A stretch of 37,601 nucleotides of DNA. Origin: Hydrurus foetidus (lineage: Eukaryota). The notes under the pieces were generated by a model that was not told where the DNA came from, did no database searches, and saw only the letters and a program-made list of their open reading frames with translations. Position numbers and translations under genes: made by a program. Positions 22,580-34,220 of the stretch are shown piece after piece. The stretch is taken from assembly GCA_900617105.1 (NCBI GenBank), contig UYFQ01000194.1, positions 1-37,601 on the forward strand, read 5' to 3'. The first letter of the stretch is position 1, and each line of letters starts with the position of its first letter.

Positions 22580-24258
22580 TCTACCGTGCCACTCAGCCTA
22601 AAGGTGTGAGGGCGTCCAGCAGTCTCGCATCGAAGAGGTTGTCTAGCGTTTCTGTGATGTTATGAAAAGGTCCAATCTGTTTCAATAAAATCCAATTCGA
22701 TTCCACTGATCTCGTCAATGATGGGCAGTCACACAGTGCAGTGCAGTGCAGTGCAGTGCAGTGCAGTATGGCATTTAACAATAGATTTGAGTAATTGGTA
22801 TGTGTTGAGCTGTGCGCGATATCTCTGTCTTGAAACGGCAATAACATTCACACGCACGGATTTGAGCTTCTCCAGGGAAGACAGAGAGATCGAACGAAAG
22901 GAAATCTGCCGAGAAAAAGAAATTAAATGGAGAGATAAAACACAATGAGGGAAATTCAACTTCCCGGTAGGAAATCGAAGTTGAGAAGCCGCTGATTCTC
23001 AAAGATCTGAAACACTCCTGGACGGGACAGGAGACATGTAGTGAAAGAAGAAGAATTGGAGGGAGAGAGAGAAAGAGGAGGACGTCACGGTCTGAATATT
23101 CTATGAGAGGGAGGAGTGCGGACGACAAGCAGGATCACGATGATAAGGCGCACAACCGCAGGGTCATCTCACAACCACTGCATTATCGGTAAGCATCTTA
23201 TCAATCCAGTGGAATCAATGAATATCTCATCTTAATAATGCACGACAAATTCATTGATGTTACAGCAGCCAGGATCGGAGACCCGCTATCCTCCACCGCA
23301 CCGCACCGCACCGCAACTCCACACAACTCGATACATCACATCGATTGCATCGCATCGCATCGGCTGTATCACAACACATCACGTCAAATATCATCACATC
23401 ATACTCGAAAGATCATAGTAAGATCGCATCATGGGAGAAACGCCATGTAGAAGTCGAAGTCAGCGTCATCGCTGGGCATGTTTGACTCGATCTTTGCCCC
23501 ATACACGGAACGCAGCATATTTAGTTGTCTAGGATATTTCAGCTAGCATATCAAATTATATTATATCATAGGTTTAGTTTAGTGTAGCACAGCGCTTTGA
23601 GTTTTTGTCGTATGCCTCTCGATTCGGCGAAAATGATTTACCACCGTATTGTCTTGCTCAATCTTGCGTATCGTATCGATAGAACAGTCACATTTCACAG
23701 GGGAGTGCAGTCAATGACTTCATATGTAGGGATACGCTGTTTTCTTTTATAAAAAAGAGTGTCCACATTCGCGCAGACTATAGTGATTTATTGTATTAAT
23801 GGTGGACCGTCTTGACTTTTGATATTTCTTTTGGGAGTATCAACCTGCGACTTTACTACCTGAACGATTCTCCGCAATACACCTAAGATCACATTCTGGA
23901 TAACATCAATCGTCGATAAGCTTGTTGAGTTTTGTTGACATGGAGTTTTGTTAGTTATGGAGTCGGCAGAGTTCAAAGATGATTTGATGTCAATCCTTGA
24001 AACAGTACGAGACCGAACTTACTTACCTAGGTCATGAAAAGACAATATTTGTCTGAAGCTACGAAATAGAGGATATGTAGTGCAATCGTGCAGAAAGACC
24101 TACGCATTGGTGAGGATGCGAGAGAGAAAGAAAACAGAATAATCTAATGGAATGCTGTTCAGAGAGGAAATATAAGATTGTGGCGACTGTTGCCGGGAGA
24201 GATGGTGAATGCCATAAAATAATGAGGCAGATGTGTTGCGCTGACGATTGTCACCAAC

Positions 24259-25614
24259 TTATAGGCCAGGCTGAGTGACATCTGAGTCGCCATCAAATGA
24301 AACGCCAGCTCCAGCCAGTCCACGGCCGTTAAGTACGGATGTATGTCCGAAAGAGATCGAGGCGTAGGCGATAATGTTTCCAACAAAGCTGCTCGAGTAT
24401 CCGATTGTGGCAGATGAGCCAACTTTCCAGAACACGTTCTTCGCCTGTGCTCCATTCGCAAGGATGAAGGAGGTGTAGTGGGACGTGATCAATGAGCTGG
24501 TCATCTGGAAAATCCACTGGGCGTTTGAGTCTCCGAAAGCGTCGAGGGTTAGGGTGCCAGCAGATAGAGTCATAGCACCTCCTGAGCAGTAGACACCGGG
24601 ACCAAGGGTAAGTCCGGACAGTTCGGTTCTAGTGTTGCTTGCCGAGCAGGGGGCTGAAGCAGCTGCGTTATAAGCGATGTTGCGATCGGCCTGGCAAGCG
24701 TTGGATCTGGTTGACGTTACTTCAACAGATCCGACAACGACCTGGTAGTTACCCTCAATCGTGGTTCCAGGTGAGATGCCGATTGACCCCTCGTGAATTG
24801 TAGTCTTGGCACCATTGAAATTCATGGCGGAGCCAGCCTCTAGAGCAAACGTGGAGCACGAGCCAAGAGGTACTGAGGTGCTGGTGACTGCGATGCGAGA
24901 GGCCTTCTTCACTGATCGCAGGGATTTCTTCACAGGAGCGGAAGAGGCTGGTAGAGTCACTGATGAGCCCGATTCGAAAGATACTGCAGTCATGGCGAGT
25001 GCCCTGCCCACGATAGCGGAGTCGTGTCCAAAGCTCACAGCCGAGGAAGCGAGAATGTTGCCAACGAATGACGACGAATATCCAATGAAAGCCGATGTTC
25101 CAAGGGCCCAGAATACGTTCTGTTCCTTGGCACCATTGATAAGAATGAAGCTTGTCGTTGTTGCAGTTGTAAGACTCGTGGCAGCTTGGAAGATCCATTG
25201 AGCGTTGGGATCGTTATTGCCGTCAAGTGTCAACGTAGATGCTGATATTTTCAGCTGATCAGATGAGCAGTAAACTCCTGGAAGCAAGGTGCGTCCGCCA
25301 AGTTCAACAATGATGTTGCTTGCAGGGCAGGCTGCAGATGATGCGGCGCCATATGCAGTCTTCAGATCGGCTGTGCAGCTGTTTGCCAATGGCGAGTTGC
25401 GTTCGACGGCGCCGTCGTCAAGGAGATAATCTCCCTCAATTGAGGTGCCAGGTGCGACGCCCACTGATCCAGTATATAGAGTTGTAAGTCTACCATTGAA
25501 AGTCACTCCGGCGGCGGATTCGACTGCGAAGCCTTGGCAGCTACCGAGAGGTACGTCGACGTTGGCGACCACAGCCGAAGAAATAATTGCTAGAACGAAG
25601 AGAATTGACTGCAT
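24259..25614 (-). CDS. Secreted ice-binding protein with two tandem DUF3494 (IBP-1 fold) domains, 451 aa, copy 1
   Basis: Signal peptide MQSILFVLAIISSAVVA. Each half has G-x-T-L-x-PGVYC, TLTLD..D.NAQWIFQ, LxNGA..NVFW..G.SA.IG...FVGNI.A, GRxLA, typical of DUF3494. Intronless. Confidence 0.92.
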   Translation of the reverse strand: MQSILFVLAIISSAVVANVDVPLGSCQGFAVESAAGVTFNGRLTTLYTGSVGVAPGTSIEGDYLLDDGAVERNSPLANSCTADLKTAYGAASSAACPASNIIVELGGRTLLPGVYCSSDQLKISASTLTLDGNNDPNAQWIFQAATSLTTATTTSFILINGAKEQNVFWALGTSAFIGYSSSFVGNILASSAVSFGHDSAIVGRALAMTAVSFESGSSVTLPASSAPVKKSLRSVKKASRIAVTSTSVPLGSCSTFALEAGSAMNFNGAKTTIHEGSIGISPGTTIEGNYQVVVGSVEVTSTRSNACQADRNIAYNAAASAPCSASNTRTELSGLTLGPGVYCSGGAMTLSAGTLTLDAFGDSNAQWIFQMTSSLITSHYTSFILANGAQAKNVFWKVGSSATIGYSSSFVGNIIAYASISFGHTSVLNGRGLAGAGVSFDGDSDVTQPGL

Positions 25615-26701
25615 CGTGATGGATGAGTTTTTGGAATAATAAGTTGTGGGAATTTCACACAACCGACGAGTAGAGTAGAATCCAGAATGCACCAGCCGAT
25701 GGTGATGCGCAAATTCTCCACAACATTCTCCGGAAAAGAAGCATCTTCAACTCAATGGCCATTCTTTTCAGTTTCATCTTTCCTAACAACTACTGTGCTT
25801 CACCTCGCAGTATAGACGTGTGTGTGATACGTACGGTATGCGTCCACGTACAAAGTACAAAGTACAACGCACAACCAAGGGGGTATAGAGACCCCCTTGG
25901 CACAACGCACACATGTAACACGTACGAAGTACAAAGGACAGTACTGTACCGTGTGGTGGACCGCACGTGCGTGCGTGGGTGGTGGGTGTGCTGTATTCTG
26001 TGTAATTATTGTTAATAACAGTACAGTATTCTGTATTCTGTATGATTGTAAATCATATTAATCTGTGTACGTAGATACTGTATACATGATACATGATATT
26101 CGTCGACAACTGATTCATCAACTTGACATTTTGTCCTACTCACATTAGCGTGTGTTGGTGTTTTAGGACACTGTAGTTTCTTGTTCCCAAATTTTATAAG
26201 CTCTCAAATAAACACCCGCCCACCCACCTAACAATCGGCAAACAGTTGGATTCAAATCAGAGTTTCTCAGAAATAATCAGCCAGCCAACGAAAAAAAGAA
26301 GTCAGCCAGCCTGGCTAGGGTGGCCAGCTTTTCCAGTGAGTCATAGCCGCACATGGCCAGTGGCCAGTGGCCAGTGGTTGGCTAGAATACCCTGGCCTGG
26401 TCAACAGACATTTGCATACTGCACACTGCATATTGTATATTATACTGTATACTGCGTACATACCTCATGCATCATCTCATCATAACGCGTTAAACTGCAT
26501 ACTTTACAATATGTGTATTTCATAATCTGTATCATGTCTACTGTTTACTATAAACGGCACTGCATACTGTACACTCCTCGCGGTACTGTCTACTGTATTC
26601 TGTAGAGTATACTGTACCACTAGATACAATCAATACTGTCCAATCAATAAATCCAATCAATAAATTTCTCAATCAAATAGGGAACATTTATGACATCCAA
26701 G

Positions 26702-26810
26702 CACATCACATCACATTCACATCATCATCACATCACATCACATCACATCACATCACATCACATCACATCACATCACATCACATCACATCACATCACATCA
26801 CATCACATCA
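26702..26810. repeat. (ACATC)n microsatellite at the unit 1/2 junction
   Basis: Pentamer run, imperfect at the left end. Confidence 0.95.
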
Positions 26811-27548
26811 AATCACGTTAGATCATATTTAGGATATTTTAGCTAGCATATTAGAAGTTTAGTTTTGTTTAGTGTAGCACAGCGCTTTGAGTTTTTGTCG
26901 TATGCCTCTCGACTCGGCGAAAATGATTTACCACCATATTGTCTTGCTCAATCTTGCGTATCGTATCGATAGAACAGTCACATTTCACAGGGGAGTGCAG
27001 TCAATGACTTCATATGTAGGGATACGCTGTTTTCTTTTATAAAAAAGAGTGTCCACATTCGCGCAGACTATAGTGATTTATTGTATTAATGGTGGACCGT
27101 CTTGACTTTTGATATTTCTTTTGGGAGTATCAACCTGCGACTTTACTACCTGAACGATTCTCCGCAATACACCTAAGATCACATTCTGGATAACATCAAT
27201 CGTCGATAAGCTTGTTGAGTTTTGTTGACATGGAGTTTTGTTAGTTATGGAGTCGGCAGAGTTCAAAGATGATTTGATGTCAATCCTTGAAACAGTACGA
27301 GACCGAACTTACTTACCTAGGTCATGAAAAGACAATATTTGTCTGAAGCTACGAAATAGAGGATATGTAGTGCAATCGTGCAGAAAGACCTACGCATTGG
27401 TGAGGATGCGAGAGAGAAAGAAAACAGAATAATCTAATGGAATGCTGTTCAGAGAGGAAATATAAGATTGTGGCGACTGTTGCCGGGAGAGATGGTGAAT
27501 GCCATAAAATAATGAGGCAGATGTGTTGCGCTGACGATTGTCACCAAC

Positions 27549-28904
27549 TTATAGGCCAGGCTGAGTGACATCTGAGTCGCCATCAAATGAAACGCCAGCT
27601 CCAGCCAGTCCACGGCCGTTAAGTACGGATGTATGTCCGAAAGAGATCGAGGCGTAGGCGATAATGTTTCCAACAAAGCTGCTCGAGTATCCGATTGTGG
27701 CAGATGAGCCAACTTTCCAGAACACGTTCTTCGCCTGTGCTCCATTCGCAAGGATGAAGGAGGTGTAGGGGGACGTGATCAATGAGCTGGTCATCTGGAA
27801 AATCCACTGGGCGTTTGAGTCTCCGAAAGCGTCGAGGGTTAGGGTGCCAGCAGATAGAGTCATAGCACCTCCTGAGCAGTAGACACCGGGACCAAGGGTA
27901 AGTCCGGACAGTTCGGTTCTAGTGTTGCTTGCCGAGCAGGGGGCTGAAGCAGCTGCGTTATAAGCGATGTTGCGATCGGCCTGGCAAGCGTTGGATCTGG
28001 TTGACGTTACTTCAACAGATCCGACAACGACCTGGTAGTTACCCTCAATCGTGGTTCCAGGTGAGATGCCGATTGACCCCTCGTGAATTGTAGTCTTGGC
28101 ACCATTGAAATTCATGGCGGAGCCAGCCTCTAGAGCAAACGTGGAGCACGAGCCAAGAGGTACTGAGGTGCTGGTGACTGCGATGCGAGAGGCCTTCTTC
28201 ACTGATCGCAGGGATTTCTTCACAGGAGCGGAAGAGGCTGGTAGAGTCACTGATGAGCCCGATTCGAAAGATACTGCAGTCATGGCGAGTGCCCTGCCCA
28301 CGATAGCGGAGTCGTGTCCAAAGCTCACAGCCGAGGAAGCGAGAATGTTGCCAACGAATGACGACGAATATCCAATGAAAGCCGATGTTCCAAGGGCCCA
28401 GAATACGTTCTGTTCCTTGGCACCATTGATAAGAATGAAGCTTGTCGTTGTTGCAGTTGTAAGACTCGTGGCAGCTTGGAAGATCCATTGAGCGTTGGGA
28501 TCGTTATTGCCGTCAAGTGTCAACGTAGATGCTGATATTTTCAGCTGATCAGATGAGCAGTAAACTCCTGGAAGCAAGGTGCGTCCGCCAAGTTCAACAA
28601 TGATGTTGCTTGCAGGGCAGGCTGCAGATGATGCGGCGCCATATGCAGTCTTCAGATCGGCTGTGCAGCTGTTTGCCAATGGCGAGTTGCGTTCGACGGC
28701 GCCGTCGTCAAGGAGATAATCTCCCTCAATTGAGGTGCCAGGTGCGACGCCCACTGATCCAGTATATAGAGTTGTAAGTCTACCATTGAAAGTCACTCCG
28801 GCGGCGGATTCGACTGCGAAGCCTTGGCAGCTACCGAGAGGTACGTCGACGTTGGCGACCACAGCCGAAGAAATAATTGCTAGAACGAAGAGAATTGACT
28901 GCAT
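27549..28904 (-). CDS. Double-DUF3494 ice-binding protein, copy 2 (LITSPY variant)
   Basis: Same ORF as copy 1 except His>Pro. Confidence 0.92.
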   Translation of the reverse strand: MQSILFVLAIISSAVVANVDVPLGSCQGFAVESAAGVTFNGRLTTLYTGSVGVAPGTSIEGDYLLDDGAVERNSPLANSCTADLKTAYGAASSAACPASNIIVELGGRTLLPGVYCSSDQLKISASTLTLDGNNDPNAQWIFQAATSLTTATTTSFILINGAKEQNVFWALGTSAFIGYSSSFVGNILASSAVSFGHDSAIVGRALAMTAVSFESGSSVTLPASSAPVKKSLRSVKKASRIAVTSTSVPLGSCSTFALEAGSAMNFNGAKTTIHEGSIGISPGTTIEGNYQVVVGSVEVTSTRSNACQADRNIAYNAAASAPCSASNTRTELSGLTLGPGVYCSGGAMTLSAGTLTLDAFGDSNAQWIFQMTSSLITSPYTSFILANGAQAKNVFWKVGSSATIGYSSSFVGNIIAYASISFGHTSVLNGRGLAGAGVSFDGDSDVTQPGL

Positions 28905-30035
28905 CGTGATGGATGAGTTTTTGGAATAATAAGTTGTGGGAATTTCACACAACCGACGAGTAGAGTAGAATCCAGAATGCACCAGCCGATGGTGATGCGC
29001 AAATTCTCCACAACATTCTCCGGAAAAGAAGCATCTTCAACTCAATGGCCATTCTTTTCAGTTTCATCTTTCCTAACAACTACTGTGCTTCACCTCGCAG
29101 TATAGACGTGTGTGTGATACGTACGGTATGCGTCCACGCACAACGTACAAAGTACAACGCACAACCAAGGGGGTATAGAGACCCCCTTGGCACAACGCAC
29201 ACATGTAACACGTACGAAGTACAAAGGACAGTACTGTACCGTGTGGTGGACCGCACGTGCGTGCGTGGGTGGTGGGTGTGCTGTATTCTGTGTAATTATT
29301 GTTAATAACAGTACAGTATTCTGTATTCTGTATGATTGTAAATCATATTAATCTGTGTACGTAGATACTGTATACATGATACATGATATTCGTCGACAAC
29401 TGATTCATCAACTTGACATTTTGTCCTACTCACATTAGCGTGTGTTGGTGTTTTAGGACACTGTAGTTTCTTGTTCCCAAATTTTATAAGCTCTCAAATA
29501 AACACCCGCCCACCCACCTAACAATCGGCAAACAGTTGGATTCAAATCAGAGTTTCTCAGAAATAATCAGCCAGCCAACGAAAAAAAGAAGTCAGCCAGC
29601 CTGGCTAGGGTGGCCAGCTTTTCCAGTGAGTCATAGCCGCACATGGCCAGTGGCCAGTGGCCAGTGGTTGGCTAGAATACCCTGGCCTGGTCAACAGACA
29701 TTTGCATACTGCACACTGCATATTGTATATTATACTGTATACTGCGTACATACCTCATGCATCATCTCATCATAACGCGTTAAACTGCATACTTTACAAT
29801 ATGTGTATTTCATAATCTGTATCATGTCTACTGTTTACTATAAACGGCACTGCATACTGTACACTCCTCGCGGTACTGTCTACTGTATTCTGTAGAGTAT
29901 ACTGTACCACTAGATACAATCAATACTGTCCAATCAATAAATTTCTCAATCTGTTAATAGGGAAGCCAATTTATGACCATGAAAGCAGCCAAGTAATATG
30001 TCAAACTATTCTCTAAACTAAATCAACAACGAATA

Positions 30036-30175
30036 ACATCACATCACATCACATCACATCACATCACATCACATCACATCACATCACATCACATCACATC
30101 ACATCACATCACATCACATCACATCACATCACATCACATCACATCACATCACATCACATCACATCACATCACATC
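30036..30175. repeat. (ACATC)28 microsatellite at the unit 2/3 junction
   Basis: 140-bp pentamer run. Confidence 0.95.
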
Positions 30176-30914
30176 AAATCACGTTAGATCATATTTAGGA
30201 TATTTTAGCTAGCATATTAGAAGTTTAGTTTTGTTTAGTGTAGCACAGCGCTTTGAGTTTTTGTCGTATGCCTCTCGACTCGGCGAAAATGATTTACCAC
30301 CATATTGTCTTGCTCAATCTTGCGTATCGTATCGATAGAACAGTCACATTTCACAGGGGAGTGCAGTCAATGACTTCATATGTAGGGATACGCTGTTTTC
30401 TTTTATAAAAAAGAGTGTCCACATTCGCGCAGACTATAGTGATTTATTGTATTAATGGTGGACCGTCTTGACTTTTGATATTTCTTTTGGGAGTATCAAC
30501 CTGCGACTTTACTACCTGAACGATTCTCCGCAATACACCTAAGATCACATTCTGGATAACATCAATCGTCGATAAGCTTGTTGAGTTTTGTTGACATGGA
30601 GTTTTGTTAGTTATGGAGTCGGCAGAGTTCAAAGATGATTTGATGTCAATCCTTGAAACAGTACGAGACCGAACTTACTTACCTAGGTCATGAAAAGACA
30701 ATATTTGTCTGAAGCTACGAAATAGAGGATATGTAGTGCAATCGTGCAGAAAGACCTACGCATTGGTGAGGATGCGAGAGAGAAAGAAAACAGAATAATC
30801 TAATGGAATGCTGTTCAGAGAGGAAATATAAGATTGTGGCGACTGTTGCCGGGAGAGATGGTGAATGCCATAAAATAATGAGGCAGATGTGTTGCGCTGA
30901 CGATTGTCACCAAC

Positions 30915-32270
30915 TTATAGGCCAGGCTGAGTGACATCTGAGTCGCCATCAAATGAAACGCCAGCTCCAGCCAGTCCACGGCCGTTAAGTACGGATGTAT
31001 GTCCGAAAGAGATCGAGGCGTAGGCGATAATGTTTCCAACGAAGCTGCTCGAGTATCCGATTGTGGCAGATGAGCCAACTTTCCAGAACACGTTCTTCGC
31101 CTGTGCTCCATTCGCAAGGATGAAGGAGGTGTAGGGGGACGTGATCAATGAGCTGGTCATCTGGAAAATCCACTGGGCGTTTGAGTCTCCGAAAGCGTCG
31201 AGGGTTAGGGTGCCAGCAGATAGAGTCATAGCACCTCCTGAGCAGTAGACACCGGGACCAAGGGTAAGTCCGGACAGTTCGGTTCTAGTGTTGCTTGCCG
31301 AGCAGGGGGCTGAAGCAGCTGCGTTATAAGCGATGTTGCGATCGGCCTGGCAAGCGTTGGATCTGGTTGACGTTACTTCAACAGATCCGACAACGACCTG
31401 GTAGTTACCCTCAATCGTGGTTCCAGGTGAGATGCCGATTGACCCCTCGTGAATTGTAGTCTTGGCACCATTGAAATTCATGGCGGAGCCAGCCTCTAGA
31501 GCAAACGTGGAGCACGAGCCAAGAGGTACTGAGGTGCTGGTGACTGCGATGCGAGAGGCCTTCTTCACTGATCGCAGGGATTTCTTCACAGGAGCGGAAG
31601 AGGCTGGTAGAGTCACTGATGAGCCCGATTCGAAAGATACTGCAGTCATGGCGAGTGCCCTGCCCACGATAGCGGAGTCGTGTCCAAAGCTCACAGCCGA
31701 GGAAGCGAGAATGTTGCCAACGAATGACGACGAATATCCAATGAAAGCCGATGTTCCAAGGGCCCAGAATACGTTCTGTTCCTTGGCACCATTGATAAGA
31801 ATGAAGCTTGTCGTTGTTGCAGTTGTAAGACTCGTGGCAGCTTGGAAGATCCATTGAGCGTTGGGATCGTTATTGCCGTCAAGTGTCAACGTAGATGCTG
31901 ATATTTTCAGCTGATCAGATGAGCAGTAAACTCCTGGAAGCAAGGTGCGTCCGCCAAGTTCAACAATGATGTTGCTTGCAGGGCAGGCTGCAGATGATGC
32001 GGCGCCATATGCAGTCTTCAGATCGGCTGTGCAGCTGTTTGCCAATGGCGAGTTGCGTTCGACGGCGCCGTCGTCAAGGAGATAATCTCCCTCAATTGAG
32101 GTGCCAGGTGCGACGCCCACTGATCCAGTATATAGAGTTGTAAGTCTACCATTGAAAGTCACTCCGGCGGCGGATTCGACTGCGAAGCCTTGGCAGCTAC
32201 CGAGAGGTACGTCGACGTTGGCGACCACAGCCGAAGAAATAATTGCTAGAACGAAGAGAATTGACTGCAT
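30915..32270 (-). CDS. Double-DUF3494 ice-binding protein, copy 3 (LITSPY variant)
   Basis: Same protein as copy 2; one silent change near 31041. Confidence 0.92.
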   Translation of the reverse strand: MQSILFVLAIISSAVVANVDVPLGSCQGFAVESAAGVTFNGRLTTLYTGSVGVAPGTSIEGDYLLDDGAVERNSPLANSCTADLKTAYGAASSAACPASNIIVELGGRTLLPGVYCSSDQLKISASTLTLDGNNDPNAQWIFQAATSLTTATTTSFILINGAKEQNVFWALGTSAFIGYSSSFVGNILASSAVSFGHDSAIVGRALAMTAVSFESGSSVTLPASSAPVKKSLRSVKKASRIAVTSTSVPLGSCSTFALEAGSAMNFNGAKTTIHEGSIGISPGTTIEGNYQVVVGSVEVTSTRSNACQADRNIAYNAAASAPCSASNTRTELSGLTLGPGVYCSGGAMTLSAGTLTLDAFGDSNAQWIFQMTSSLITSPYTSFILANGAQAKNVFWKVGSSATIGYSSSFVGNIIAYASISFGHTSVLNGRGLAGAGVSFDGDSDVTQPGL

Positions 32271-33401
32271 CGTGATGGATGAGTTTTTGGAATAATAAGT
32301 TGTGGGAATTTCACACAACCGACGAGTAGAGTAGAATCCAGAATGCACCAGCCGATGGTGATGCGCAAATTCTCCACAACATTCTCCGGAAAAGAAGCAT
32401 CTTCAACTCAATGGCCATTCTTTTCAGTTTCATCTTTCCTAACAACTACTGTGCTTCACCTCGCAGTATAGACGTGTGTGTGATACGTACGGTATGCGTC
32501 CACGTACAAAGTACAAAGTACAACGCACAACCAAGGGGGTATAGAGACCCCCTTGGCACAACGCACACATGTAACACGTACGAAGTACAAAGGACAGTAC
32601 TGTACCGTGTGGTGGACCGCACGTGCGTGCGTGGGTGGTGGGTGTGCTGTATTCTGTGTAATTATTGTTAATAACAGTACAGTATTCTGTATTCTGTATG
32701 ATTGTAAATCATATTAATCTGTGTACGTAGATACTGTATACATGATACATGATATTCGTCGACAACTGATTCATCAACTTGACATTTTGTCCTACTCACA
32801 TTAGCGTGTGTTGGTGTTTTAGGACACTGTAGTTTCTTGTTCCCAAATTTTATAAGCTCTCAAATAAACACCCGCCCACCCACCTAACAATCGGCAAACA
32901 GTTGGATTCAAATCAGAGTTTCTCAGAAATAATCAGCCAGCCAACGAAAAAAAGAAGTCAGCCAGCCTGGCTAGGGTGGCCAGCTTTTCCAGTGAGTCAT
33001 AGCCGCACATGGCCAGTGGCCAGTGGCCAGTGGTTGGCTAGAATACCCTGGCCTGGTCAACAGACATTTGCATACTGCACACTGCATATTGTATATTATA
33101 CTGTATACTGCGTACATACCTCATGCATCATCTCATCATAACGCGTTAAACTGCATACTTTACAATATGTGTATTTCATAATCTGTATCATGTCTACTGT
33201 TTACTATAAACGGCACTGCATACTGTACACTCCTCGCGGTACTGTCTACTGTATTCTGTAGAGTATACTGTACCACTAGATACAATCAATACTGTCCAAT
33301 CAATAAATTTCTCAATCTGTTAATAGGGAAGCCAATTTATGACCATGAAAGCAGCCAAGTAATATGTCAAACTATTCTCTAAACTAAATCAACAACGAAT
33401 A

Positions 33402-33481
33402 ACATCACATCACATCACATCACATCACATCACATCACATCACATCACATCACATCACATCACATCACATCACATCACATC
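33402..33481. repeat. (ACATC)16 microsatellite at the unit 3/4 junction
   Basis: 80-bp pentamer run. Confidence 0.95.
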
Positions 33482-34220
33482 AAATCACGTTAGATCATAT
33501 TTAGGATATTTTAGCTAGCATATTAGAAGTTTAGTTTTGTTTAGTGTAGCACAGCGCTTTGAGTTTTTGTCGTATGCCTCTCGACTCGGCGAAAATGATT
33601 TACCACCATATTGTCTTGCTCAATCTTGCGTATCGTATCGATAGAACAGTCACATTTCACAGGGGAGTGCAGTCAATGACTTCATATGTAGGGATACGCT
33701 GTTTTCTTTTATAAAAAAGAGTGTCCACATTCGCGCAGACTATAGTGATTTATTGTATTAATGGTGGACCGTCTTGACTTTTGATATTTCTTTTGGGAGT
33801 ATCAACCTGCGACTTTACTACCTGAACGATTCTCCGCAATACACCTAAGATCACATTCTGGATAACATCAATCGTCGATAAGCTTGTTGAGTTTTGTTGA
33901 CATGGAGTTTTGTTAGTTATGGAGTCGGCAGAGTTCAAAGATGATTTGATGTCAATCCTTGAAACAGTACGAGACCGAACTTACTTACCTAGGTCATGAA
34001 AAGACAATATTTGTCTGAAGCTACGAAATAGAGGATATGTAGTGCAATCGTGCAGAAAGACCTACGCATTGGTGAGGATGCGAGAGAGAAAGAAAACAGA
34101 ATAATCTAATGGAATGCTGTTCAGAGAGGAAATATAAGATTGTGGCGACTGTTGCCGGGAGAGATGGTGAATGCCATAAAATAATGAGGCAGATGTGTTG
34201 CGCTGACGATTGTCACCAAC

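Noticed and set aside
17280..23350. Simple repeats (GAAAT, CAGTA, CA/CT, CTCAC, GACT, CATCC, CAT, GCAGT, CCGCA) and the small ORFs over them
   Set aside because: Ordinary intronic and intergenic microsatellites with no coding signal
25615..25692. 26-aa N-terminal extension of the ice-binding ORF shown in the ORF track (477 aa)
   Set aside because: It starts at GTG; the ATG at 25614 directly opens a canonical signal peptide
24159..26485. Short overlapping or antisense ORFs repeated in every array unit
   Set aside because: Shadows of the ice-binding CDS or low-complexity DNA; their recurrence only reflects the duplication
26640..26730. Divergent sequence before the first ACATC tract relative to the other units
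   Set aside because: Scattered indels beside a microsatellite look like local consensus error; cannot be supported as biology without reads
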